Source of the DNA: a virus
Lineage: Duplodnaviria; Caudoviricetes
Virus record (IMG/VR): IMGVR_UViG_3300032038_000022
Span: 1 to 64,000 of that record
Length of the DNA stretch: 64,000 nt
Strand: one strand, 5' to 3'
Position numbers and translations under genes: made by a program. How positions within the stretch are numbered: position 1 is the stretch's first letter; each line of letters begins with the position of its first letter. Below, in pieces: positions 1-7,824 of the stretch. A model generated the notes under the pieces. That model ran no database searches. It was not told where the DNA came from and saw nothing but the letters and a program-made list of their open reading frames with translations.

Positions 1-72
1 TCAAATAGAGCCAAAAGAAGAGACTCAAATAGAGCCAAAAGAAGAGACTCAAATAGAGCCAAAAGAAGAGAC
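1..72 (+). repeat. 3 x 24-bp tandem repeat TCAAATAGAGCCAAAAGAAGAGAC (encodes QIEPKEET), truncated by window start
   Basis: Exact copies at 1-24, 25-48 and 49-72, no spacers, in frame with the downstream ORF. Confidence 0.95.
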
Positions 73-403
73 AGAGCGTCTTGTCACTGTAACTAGGTAT
101 AATCCAGTGATTAACCAGTGTGACGAAGATCCTCTTATTACAGCAGATAATAGTGAGATTGACCTGAGAAAACTTAAAAATGAGGAACTTAGGTGGGTAG
201 CAATTAGTAGAGATCTTTTAGGAGAATTCTCTTATGGAGATACAATAAAGCTAGCCTGTCAGGCTGATCCTAGTATTAATGGTACTTATACAATTCACGA
301 CTGTATGAATAAGAGGTGGAGAAATAGAGTAGATATCTTAACACATATTGAATCTAATCATGGATGTGGAAAGTGGGAAGACGTAAAATTAACAAAATTA
401 TAA
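2..403 (+). CDS. 3D-domain (cell-wall binding/lytic) protein, 5' truncated
   Basis: Frame open from window start; T-x-Y-N-P...QCD-DP-ITAD, VAISRDL, IHD, RVDIL pattern of 3D (three Asp) domains. Confidence 0.7.
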   Translation, partial: QIEPKEETQIEPKEETQIEPKEETERLVTVTRYNPVINQCDEDPLITADNSEIDLRKLKNEELRWVAISRDLLGEFSYGDTIKLACQADPSINGTYTIHDCMNKRWRNRVDILTHIESNHGCGKWEDVKLTKL

Positions 404-435
404 GAGAGGGAAATTAATCCTTCTCTTTTTATTTT
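402..435. terminator. Intrinsic terminator between convergent genes
   Basis: AAGAGAGGG-AAATTAAT-CCTTCTCTT followed by a T tract. Confidence 0.7.
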
Positions 436-521
436 ATTTTTATTACACCATTAATATTAAGTACGCTTAATATCAGTATACGCTCAATAATTGCTAATAT
501 CCCTATCAGTCTAATATATTT

Positions 522-740
522 TTATTTCTTAGTAGGTTTTCCTCCTCCTGTTACTATTCCCCAACCTAAAAGTGGCATTAAACCGAGGAGAATATATAAG
601 ATAATTTTCATTGTACTTGGAATATCTGTTCCATCTGTTAACAATTCTTTCCACAAAAATCCGTATACTGCAAGAAATCCAACTATAAAAATTAACTTAC
701 CGATTCCGATATTTTCTAACTTCATTTTTTCTTCTTTCAT
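522..740 (-). CDS. Small two-TM membrane protein
   Basis: Two hydrophobic segments; ATG at 740 preferred over TTG at 764. Confidence 0.6.
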   Translation of the reverse strand: MKEEKMKLENIGIGKLIFIVGFLAVYGFLWKELLTDGTDIPSTMKIILYILLGLMPLLGWGIVTGGGKPTKK

Positions 741-744
741 ACAT

Positions 745-1152
745 TTATAAGGATTTCTGCCCAAAATCTAATCCTGTACTATCGAACATACTTTTCAATT
801 CCTCATAAATTTCATATTTCATTGTTCCTTGCTTAGGCATTTCTGGATCAAGGAGAGTTGTATTCCTATTTTCCCAAAGCCATTTATTTAATTGAGATTC
901 CGTACTACCAAAAATCTCTTCAACTTCTTCCTCATCGTAGAACCACTCATCTAGGAATTCTACTTTATAATCTTCTAGCCTAAGATGTAATTTTAGTTCT
1001 AGTAATCTATCGCCATCTCGTATTCCTAAGAACTCTCCAAGAGGATTATGAAGAAGATATTGTTGTTTTCTAGTTTCAATATCATCAGTAAAACCTACTT
1101 TTACAACTTTTCTATTTCCTTTATAAGAACCACTTCCGAATAAGTATAACAT
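745..1152 (-). CDS. GIY-YIG-like (T5orf172/MUG113-type) nuclease domain protein
   Basis: LYL...KVGFT...R...NP...E..LH...EWF motif order. Confidence 0.7.
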   Translation of the reverse strand: MLYLFGSGSYKGNRKVVKVGFTDDIETRKQQYLLHNPLGEFLGIRDGDRLLELKLHLRLEDYKVEFLDEWFYDEEEVEEIFGSTESQLNKWLWENRNTTLLDPEMPKQGTMKYEIYEELKSMFDSTGLDFGQKSL

Positions 1153-1233
1153 AATAAAAAATTAAGGGTAATCCACATAACCCCTTATTTTACACAACCA
1201 TTTTAAATCACCTTTATTAACAGACTAAGAAGT

Positions 1234-1695
1234 TTATCTAGCTTCTATAATATTTGTATCAACGCGGGTCCACGTGGAGTCTCCCATTTTAATATTTTGT
1301 CCAATACCAAAACCTGGAGCTGCACCACCAATTACCCAAGGATTATTGTAAGGATTATTAAGAGCAGTATAACCAGGACCTACATAATACTGAGGTTGAG
1401 TATTATATAAAGATGCAGAACTACTTTTATCAAACATTCTTACAACACTCTCCGCTACCATTGTGATAGATTGAATGAGTGTAATAAATTTGCCAGTTAC
1501 ATCTTGAGTCTTTCTCAAACCTTCCACTACTTGGATACCAGTACTAACGGTTTCCTTTTCTTGTTGAGCCTCTTCTACTTCGCTCTTTTCACTACTCTCA
1601 CTGAAAATTTGTCCGATCCCTACAAATGCGGCAAAACCTGCTATCGCTGCTGCTGCAACTTTTAATCCAATTTTAATAAACTTTTTAAAATTCAA
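1234..1695 (-). CDS. Hypothetical protein with N-terminal membrane anchor
   Basis: ORF track; hydrophobic N-terminus. Confidence 0.6.
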   Translation of the reverse strand: MNFKKFIKIGLKVAAAAIAGFAAFVGIGQIFSESSEKSEVEEAQQEKETVSTGIQVVEGLRKTQDVTGKFITLIQSITMVAESVVRMFDKSSSASLYNTQPQYYVGPGYTALNNPYNNPWVIGGAAPGFGIGQNIKMGDSTWTRVDTNIIEAR

Positions 1696-1841
1696 AATTT
1701 ACTAATTTAGCCTGTTAAAATTTTAATCATTCGTTAAATTGTTCTTCTTTAAAATTTTTCTGTGACTTCATATTGGTAAACCTTACCGTAAATAAGGAAA
1801 AGAAAGGGAAGCCGACCCATAGCTTTCCCTCTCTCCAGAAT

Positions 1842-2210
1842 TTATTTTTCCGCCTCCTCTTCTATTTCTTCTTTCGGAATACAAAATTCTGTATCATCAA
1901 CTTCCTCTGACATCACTCTTCCTGGATGTGATGATTTGTTATCATGATCCTTTAATTCCGGAACTTTAACATTCACACCAGCTCCAAAAATAAATCCACC
2001 TGTACACAGGATAAACACGCCCAGATCGGTGAGATTAGTTTCAACATGACCATTAGTAATAACATCATAAATTAAAATGAATGGAATTACTATAGCCACC
2101 AAAATACTTCCAGTAATAGCAGAAATGAGTAAAGCAAACAATTTAGTGCTATTCTCACTCATAATCTTAGGAAATGTTCCTAAATACGCAATAATACTTT
2201 TTAACTTCAT
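1842..2210 (-). CDS. Two-TM membrane protein with acidic tail (holin-like possible)
   Basis: Two TM segments; ATG at 2210 (MKLKS) preferred. Confidence 0.55.
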   Translation of the reverse strand: MKLKSIIAYLGTFPKIMSENSTKLFALLISAITGSILVAIVIPFILIYDVITNGHVETNLTDLGVFILCTGGFIFGAGVNVKVPELKDHDNKSSHPGRVMSEEVDDTEFCIPKEEIEEEAEK

Positions 2211-2316
2211 AAGCTTATGTTCGAAGAGGAAGAAGAAAAAGGAAACTAAGCCACACAACAAACTCACCCTTTTTCTTTCACGTATAAGGCTCTCGAATGA
2301 ATTTTAACGCAAAAAT

Positions 2317-2327
2317 CCTTATTAATG
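2317..2327 (+). promoter_or_regulatory. CCTTA-N4-TG promoter box
   Basis: CCTTATTAATG 2 nt before ATG 2330; same motif recurs before many genes. Confidence 0.65.
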
Positions 2328-2329
2328 TG

Positions 2330-2722
2330 ATGAAAGATTTTATAGAAGAACAAATAGAATTAGGTTACTTAAGTAGAGATAATAAGCCTAAAATACTAGA
2401 ATCAACGGCAATCGAGAGAATAAAAGAAAATTGGAAACCATATGATCCAGAGGTAGAGTGGCTAAAAACCATAGTATGTGCTCAATTAACAACAAAACAT
2501 TATGCAGTAGCTATTCTTTCACCAAAACATAAAAAGAATTTATTATACCTTTCAATTACACTTTGGAATATATTCATTCTGGGGATTGTAGCTTCAGTAT
2601 ACTATTTCATAGGATATCAAATAGCATTATGTATTTATTTTGGTTGGAATATATTTCTATCAATAGGAATAAAAAAAGTTGTTAGGTATAGAAATCTTAT
2701 AGACTTATATAAATCAATATGA
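2330..2722 (+). CDS. Hypothetical membrane protein
   Basis: Two C-terminal TM segments; start moved to ATG 2330 after the promoter box. Confidence 0.6.
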   Translation: MKDFIEEQIELGYLSRDNKPKILESTAIERIKENWKPYDPEVEWLKTIVCAQLTTKHYAVAILSPKHKKNLLYLSITLWNIFILGIVASVYYFIGYQIALCIYFGWNIFLSIGIKKVVRYRNLIDLYKSI

Positions 2723-3333
2723 AAACTTATATACAAATAACTGGAGGGAGAGGTCCAGTAGAATGTAGTAGAGCTGTAGTTTTAATACTAAAGAAATTTA
2801 TAGCTGATGCAATAAATAAAGGGATAGAATTAACCTTAGTGGATCATGAAGATCATAATACAGAAGATAATTGTATGCTCTCTGTAATTTTAAGCACTAA
2901 AGAAAATGTAGAATCTTTGAAATCTGAATGGGAAGGTACTATCTTATGGGTGGCTACATCAAATCCTTTCAGACCAAAACACAAAAGAAAGAATTGGTTT
3001 GTTGGTATAAACTTCTTTTCTGAAGCAGATACCATTGATATAAAAGAGGAAGATATTTCTTATGAAACTTGCAGATCTAGCGGTCCTGGAGGACAAAACG
3101 TAAATAAGGTTGAAACAGCCGTTAGAGCTATTCATAAACCAACTGGCATTAGTGTTTTAGCAGAAGATGAGAGATCACAGGTAAGAAATAAATCATTAGC
3201 AAAGGAACGACTAATTCTTAAACTTTCAGCTATTAACGAAGAGAAAAAAGCTGAACATGAAAGGAAAATATGGATGAGTCATAATTTTGTTTTGAGAGGA
3301 AATCAAGTAAAGAAATTTGTTGGACCATTATAA
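2719..3333 (+). CDS. prfH: Peptide chain release factor H
   Basis: QITGGRGPVEC, W..T.NPFRP.HKRKNWFVG, RSSGPGGQNVNKVETAVRA; ~200 aa, no RF1/RF2 domain 1. Confidence 0.9.
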   Translation: MKTYIQITGGRGPVECSRAVVLILKKFIADAINKGIELTLVDHEDHNTEDNCMLSVILSTKENVESLKSEWEGTILWVATSNPFRPKHKRKNWFVGINFFSEADTIDIKEEDISYETCRSSGPGGQNVNKVETAVRAIHKPTGISVLAEDERSQVRNKSLAKERLILKLSAINEEKKAEHERKIWMSHNFVLRGNQVKKFVGPL

Positions 3334-3448
3334 ATCTAATTTATATTATAATAAAATGGATAGTATATGCAATTTTAATAATTGTATTGTGTAAAATTAG
3401 GGGAGACACCAGAAATAAAATTGGTGATAAAGTCCTCTGATTTCTTTT

Positions 3449-3459
3449 CCTTAATTATG
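3449..3459 (+). promoter_or_regulatory. CCTTA-N4-TG promoter box
   Basis: CCTTAATTATG 2 nt before ATG 3462. Confidence 0.65.
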
Positions 3460-3461
3460 AT

Positions 3462-4544
3462 ATGAGTAGTAAACAAGAATTAGATAAGCTTAAGATTAGA
3501 TTTACAAAGGATAATAAAATTCCTATTGATGTATTTGAAGAAGAATATTGGGATTTTTATATTTCACTTTATGAAAATACCCATCAATCAAGAACTAAGT
3601 GGCTTTCTCTTTTAGAGGGAATAGAAAAGGAGTATCCATCTGTTCAATCATTTTTGGATGCGTTTTACAAAAGAAGAGAGGCAATGCTTCAAAATTTATG
3701 GTCCAAGACAAATAAAGACGGAAAGAATCTAATGGAACTTTTTAACTCTGGTGAAAGAAAAATAAGCTCTAGGGATAATATTATTTCATCTTTCTATAAT
3801 AATGAACAAGAGTGGTTAAAAAATACACAAAAGAAAGATGTATATAATCCTGAGCATGTTGGAGAGTGGTTCTTGAGCATTGATTTAAGAAAAGCAAATT
3901 TCCAGGCAATGTTATGGTACAATCCAGAATTCTTTATTGGAAAGTCTCTTAAGCTCGGACAAAGCATAGATGATTTATACTATGAATGGATTTCTAAGTT
4001 TGAAGTAAGAGGAGAAGAAACACTGAATTCTTATATTCGAGAGTCAAAGTACTTTAGAGAAGTTATCTTTGGAAATTTGAATCCAGATAGAGCAATTCGA
4101 ATTGAAAAGTGGATGATCGCTCATGTATCAGAAAAAGTTAAAGTGATTTTAGATACTAGTGAAGTTCAATATAAGTTTATGCAACATGGATCAGATGAAA
4201 TTGTAATTAAGGTTGATGATTATAAGAAAATACTTAACCTCTTACCAATCTTAAAACAACAAGTAACAGATGCTCCAGAAGTTGGTCCAGTAGATGTTAA
4301 GGTAGAATTATATCAATTGGAGGATCTTTGTCTGGAATCTAACAATGGACATAAAGTTGAAGCTTATAGAAAGAATCATCACGATGGAAAATTTGTGCTG
4401 AAAAAAGTTCATAAACACTATTATGCACAAGTTTATGAGATTTGTTATGGAATTCAACCAGATGAACAAGAGCGTGACTTAATATTTTATTCTGAAAATG
4501 AGCCAGCAAAATTCCTGCACAGAATTAAAAAAGTTGTTTATTAG
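3462..4544 (+). CDS. Hypothetical protein with polymerase-palm-like acidic motifs
   Basis: FLSIDLRKANFQ and GSDEIVI motifs; 360 aa. Confidence 0.5.
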   Translation: MSSKQELDKLKIRFTKDNKIPIDVFEEEYWDFYISLYENTHQSRTKWLSLLEGIEKEYPSVQSFLDAFYKRREAMLQNLWSKTNKDGKNLMELFNSGERKISSRDNIISSFYNNEQEWLKNTQKKDVYNPEHVGEWFLSIDLRKANFQAMLWYNPEFFIGKSLKLGQSIDDLYYEWISKFEVRGEETLNSYIRESKYFREVIFGNLNPDRAIRIEKWMIAHVSEKVKVILDTSEVQYKFMQHGSDEIVIKVDDYKKILNLLPILKQQVTDAPEVGPVDVKVELYQLEDLCLESNNGHKVEAYRKNHHDGKFVLKKVHKHYYAQVYEICYGIQPDEQERDLIFYSENEPAKFLHRIKKVVY

Positions 4545-5190
4545 TGAGTTTGATACTAATACCTACATAAGAGAAGAAAATGGCGGTTATATATCTTGCT
4601 GGATAAAAAGCTGTACAAGACTTCCTTTAAAATCTTGGTTAGTTAGTAGTCATATACCCTCAATAAACTTTTCATTTGTAAGACAGCAACAAAAGTCAAC
4701 CGGTATAGAATTGACTAATGAATCTTATTATATATCGGAACAACTATTGGATAGAGGCATCAAGGATGTTCTAATATTTAAAGATCTATTATTGCCGATA
4801 TTTAAAGAGATTAATGACCTATATAACGAATCCTGCTCAGTTTCAAAATTAAAATGTAATTTAAAGCCTGGTGACGAGTTTGGAAAATTAATAAAATTTG
4901 AAACAGCCTATATTACTATGAATAGATGTAGTGCTCAGGGAAATGAAAGAGGCTATCAATTATTCATAGCACATAGACAGAAAGGGACTTACGGTTTATT
5001 ATTTAATCAATATCTAACTAAGAAAAATACTAATTTAGCTATATCTTCTTCACTAATAAATTGCCCTGGGGATTATAACTTAGGAGATACTATGCCAATT
5101 TATGAATGTGACTTAAATCGTACATTGTCTTTGATCGAGAGAATCGAGAATTTACGAAAAACTATAATATTAAAACGATATAAGATATGA
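4498..5190 (+). CDS. Hypothetical protein
   Basis: 230-aa ORF coupled to neighbours. Confidence 0.6.
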   Translation: MSQQNSCTELKKLFISEFDTNTYIREENGGYISCWIKSCTRLPLKSWLVSSHIPSINFSFVRQQQKSTGIELTNESYYISEQLLDRGIKDVLIFKDLLLPIFKEINDLYNESCSVSKLKCNLKPGDEFGKLIKFETAYITMNRCSAQGNERGYQLFIAHRQKGTYGLLFNQYLTKKNTNLAISSSLINCPGDYNLGDTMPIYECDLNRTLSLIERIENLRKTIILKRYKI

Positions 5191-5453
5191 AATATTATTT
5201 TACATTTCTATGTGATGAAGGTCCTAATGATGGAAAATTTCATATCGAAGAAGGAACCTATGAAGAAGCTAGAGAGAAAATGATAGAAAAATTTGGAACT
5301 AATTGGGGATTTCAATATGATGAAGATGAATGGATTATAAAGAAATCGAGAAATCCAAAAATGTTTATCTCTTCTTGTATAATTCAAGGTTTAAATCCTG
5401 ATGAATATGATGAATTAACACAAGCAGAGTTGTTTGGACTAGAGGAGATATAG
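5187..5453 (+). CDS. Hypothetical phage protein
   Basis: MKYYFTF...GTYEEAREKM..KFG..W.FQY; ATGA overlap. Confidence 0.7.
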   Translation: MKYYFTFLCDEGPNDGKFHIEEGTYEEAREKMIEKFGTNWGFQYDEDEWIIKKSRNPKMFISSCIIQGLNPDEYDELTQAELFGLEEI

Positions 5454-5573
5454 TCTAATCCATAAAGAAACATTAATTAAAGAGGAATTTAATAAGTATG
5501 TCAAAGCCTTATATATGTATAAATAATAAATACCTGGAGTTAGAAATAGCCCTAGGTTTTAAATTTTAATTAC

Positions 5574-6050
5574 ATGGAAAGAGAATTTATAACGTATGGG
5601 ATTCACATAGATCCCGAAAAGTTTAACAGAATTTCAAATGGGAGACATATGTACCTAAACAAACCGAGTGGTGGATTGTGGTGCAGCCCCGTAAATTCTA
5701 TTTGTAGTTGGAAAGACTGGTGCATCGGAGAAAATTATAATGTAGACAGTCTAAAAACATGGACAAAGTTCAAGTTAAAAGAGACAGCTAATATTTTAGT
5801 AATAGATTCATTGGTAGACTTAGTAAGAGTATCAAAGAAGTATCCATTAATACCACCTCGTCCTATAACTTTTGATAGATTAATAAATTTTGAGGATATA
5901 GAGAAAGATGGGTATGATGGAGTTCTTCTTACTGAGTGTGGTAACAGCCAATGTCACCTTACTGAAATTAGTATTGACCTGAATGCTTGGGATTGTGAAA
6001 GCATGGTTCTATTTAACTTAGAACATATTGAAATTGAGGAGATGGTATAA
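5574..6050 (+). CDS. Conserved hypothetical phage protein
   Basis: KPSGGLW.S...W.DWC...YDG...WDCES pattern; own promoter box at ~5507. Confidence 0.7.
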   Translation: MEREFITYGIHIDPEKFNRISNGRHMYLNKPSGGLWCSPVNSICSWKDWCIGENYNVDSLKTWTKFKLKETANILVIDSLVDLVRVSKKYPLIPPRPITFDRLINFEDIEKDGYDGVLLTECGNSQCHLTEISIDLNAWDCESMVLFNLEHIEIEEMV

Positions 6051-6069
6051 GCCACCTCTTCTTTTTATA

Positions 6070-6129
6070 ACCCTTGAAATCCTTAGAAATGTAAGAGGAT
6101 TCTAGGAAACCCTGAAATCCTTATATGTG
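6070..6129 (+). promoter_or_regulatory. Tandem promoter boxes upstream of the RNA cluster
   Basis: Two copies of CCC(T)TGAAATCCTTA-N4-TG; the second is CCTTATATGTG at 6119-6129. Confidence 0.6.
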
Positions 6130-6130
6130 A

Positions 6131-6195
6131 GTAATAGCCTGCATAGAACCCGCATGGGACGTGCTAGAGGACGAAAGAAATCGAAAAGTTATTAC
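6131..6195 (+). ncRNA. Putative structured RNA
   Basis: GTAATAGC/GTTATTAC closing stem with internal CCC-GCAT-GGG hairpin; begins right after the promoter box. Confidence 0.35.
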
Positions 6196-6224
6196 AAAAT
6201 TAATAGACACAACCAAGTACAGAA

Positions 6225-6297
6225 TCTAGGACATAGTTCAAGCGGGTCAGAACATTCATGAAAATGAAAGACCGAGGTTAGACTCCTCGTGACTAGA
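6225..6297 (+). ncRNA. tRNA-like RNA with a GAAA tetraloop in place of the anticodon loop
   Basis: D arm GTTC/GAAC, arm TTCAT-GAAA-ATGAA, T arm CGAGG-TTAGACT-CCTCG, imperfect acceptor TCTAG..CTAGA. Confidence 0.6.
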
Positions 6298-6319
6298 GAA
6301 AGTACAAGACACATAAAAT

Positions 6320-6392
6320 CGCGAAGTGTTGTAACTGGTTAGCATATAACTCTCATAAGGTTAAGATTCTAGTTCGAGTCTAGACTTCGCGA
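6320..6392 (+). tRNA. tRNA with CAT anticodon (elongator Met or Ile2)
   Basis: Acceptor CGCGAAG/CTTCGCG, anticodon arm TAACT-CTCATAA-GGTTA, T arm TCTAG-TTCGAGT-CTAGA; no encoded CCA. Confidence 0.88.
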
Positions 6393-6408
6393 CAAAAGAG
6401 TAACATAT

Positions 6409-6478
6409 CAGTCAGTAGCTTAATTATAAAGCCCATCAGGAGTTGATGGAGATGTTGGTGTAAATCCATCCTGATTGA
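6409..6478 (+). ncRNA. tRNA-like RNA with non-canonical anticodon and T loops
   Basis: Acceptor CAGTCAG/CTGATTG, D arm GCTT/AAGC, arm CCATCA-GGAGT-TGATGG, T arm GTTGG-TGTAAAT-CCATC. Confidence 0.6.
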
Positions 6479-6482
6479 CTAG

Positions 6483-6557
6483 AGGCGTTTCTCATGGGCA
6501 ACCGAAATTAGAGAGTAAAAGAGATTTGATTACATCGTAACCAATGATCTAACGTCT
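6483..6557 (+). ncRNA. Putative multibranch structured RNA in the leader of the 6627 gene
   Basis: AGGCGTT/AACGTCT closing stem, TCTC/GAGA arm with GG-GCAA-CC GNRA hairpin, AGAT-TTG..CAA-ATCT arm. Confidence 0.35.
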
Positions 6558-6626
6558 ACGCAAGAAATATAATTCTGAAAAGAATTATGTTTAAATTTTA
6601 ATCGACACAAATAAAAATAACAGAAT

Positions 6627-7256
6627 ATGGAAATAACGATAACTAGAGCATTGTCAGAACTTAAACTTCAACAGAAGAAGTATGATAAGAAAGTAGAAGA
6701 ATTGCAAGTTATAGCTATAAAGCAGGGAACAAAGCTTCGTCGACCATTTACGGCGCAAACACCGAAAGACTTCTCAGAAAAGTCTAAATCAGCATATCAA
6801 AGTCTTATGTCCATTATGGATAGAATCATTATGATTAAGACTAGGATTGATGAATCTAATGCTACGACGAAGATTAAGATTGGTCAGGTTGAAATGACCG
6901 TTCAGCAAGCATTGGTTGAAAAGAAATTTATAACGCTGAAGAAGTCCTTGCTTAGAAAACTCCAAGACCTGAAAGCAACCAATAATCAAGATCTTGAAAT
7001 TGCAGAACTAGAGCTTACTAGATCAGCAGAGGATTTTCGTAAGGTATTCGCAGGTAATGGAAATAATAAATCAGAAGCAGATATCGAAACAGCAGTTGAA
7101 AACTATAAGAAGTCTGAAGAGATTTCAGTAGTAGATGCTATTGGTATTGATGATGAGATTGCAAGACTCGATGCATACATTGATGAGTTTGAATCAAATG
7201 TAGACTTTGTTCTGTCTGAAAGTAACAGTAAGACATGTATCGTGATTGATGATTAA
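6627..7256 (+). CDS. Coiled-coil protein resembling the DIP1984/septicolysin-like family
   Basis: ITRALSELK N-terminus, I..SN.TT.I..G..EMTV..A middle, VD..LSESN.KT.I C-terminus; family recalled, not searched. Confidence 0.6.
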   Translation: MEITITRALSELKLQQKKYDKKVEELQVIAIKQGTKLRRPFTAQTPKDFSEKSKSAYQSLMSIMDRIIMIKTRIDESNATTKIKIGQVEMTVQQALVEKKFITLKKSLLRKLQDLKATNNQDLEIAELELTRSAEDFRKVFAGNGNNKSEADIETAVENYKKSEEISVVDAIGIDDEIARLDAYIDEFESNVDFVLSESNSKTCIVIDD

Positions 7257-7259
7257 TAT

Positions 7260-7535
7260 ATTGTGATACCTAGTCGAAAGATGCTGAACATAGCGCCCTT
7301 CGATTTATAGGTTAATAGATCAATTTACTAATGAAACAGTATTTATGGTTCAAAGGTTAAAGATCAAAAGCTGAAAGATGAAGGATAAAAGCTTATTTTG
7401 CTCAATAATGAGTGGTTCAAGATTAAAGACTCAGGTCTTAAAGCTTAATCAAATCCACGAATTAGTTCATCACGAAAGTGTAGGGGAAGCAGTTATGCCC
7501 CAGAATCTTGTACGTGGCTGACTAGGTAGCACAAT
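7260..7535 (+). ncRNA. ~276-nt putative ncRNA with long closing stem and periodic AAAG repeats
   Basis: ATTGTGATACCTAGTC (7260-7275) pairs with GACTAGGTAGCACAAT (7520-7535); CCACG/CGTGG inner stem; CAC-GAAA-GTG hairpin; about ten 7-8-nt AAAG-type units. Confidence 0.7.
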
Positions 7536-7540
7536 TTTAT

Positions 7541-7577
7541 AAACCCTTTGTAAGAGATTACATCGGGTTTCTTTTCA
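7541..7577 (+). terminator. Intrinsic terminator
   Basis: AAACCC..TGTAA-GAGA-TTACA..GGGTTT followed by CTTTT. Confidence 0.65.
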
Positions 7578-7824
7578 TTCCCTCAATTCCTTACATATGT
7601 ATGATTATTAAGAAAAGTGAAGATATAGTAGCATTTAATTGGCTATGTATAATTAATGAATATAATCCAGAAGAAGTAGAAGAAATAGAGATATGCAAAA
7701 GAAAATAGAGCAAGAAAAAGATGTTAAAATAGTGAGTGCTGTTTATACCTTCGTCGTTGATATAGCAAGGGTTCTACAAGGAAAAGGTTAGAATTCCTTT
7801 TCTTTCTTTTCCTTATTTGTGAAA

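Noticed and set aside
1-72. CRISPR array
   Set aside because: The repeats are contiguous with no spacers and are in frame within a CDS.
2719-3333. RF1/RF2 indicating recoding
   Set aside because: Size and motifs match PrfH, not a canonical release factor.
6131-6195. Hammerhead ribozyme or c-di-GMP riboswitch
   Set aside because: CGAAA and GGGACG are present, but the CUGANGA core and the riboswitch consensus are not.
7340-7450. Coding repeat or CRISPR-like array
   Set aside because: Units are 7-8 nt, degenerate, without spacers, and no credible ORF spans them.
7601-7790. Two tiny ORFs (35 and 32 aa) after a promoter box
   Set aside because: Possibly real or one broken gene, but there is no recognisable motif, so they were not called.
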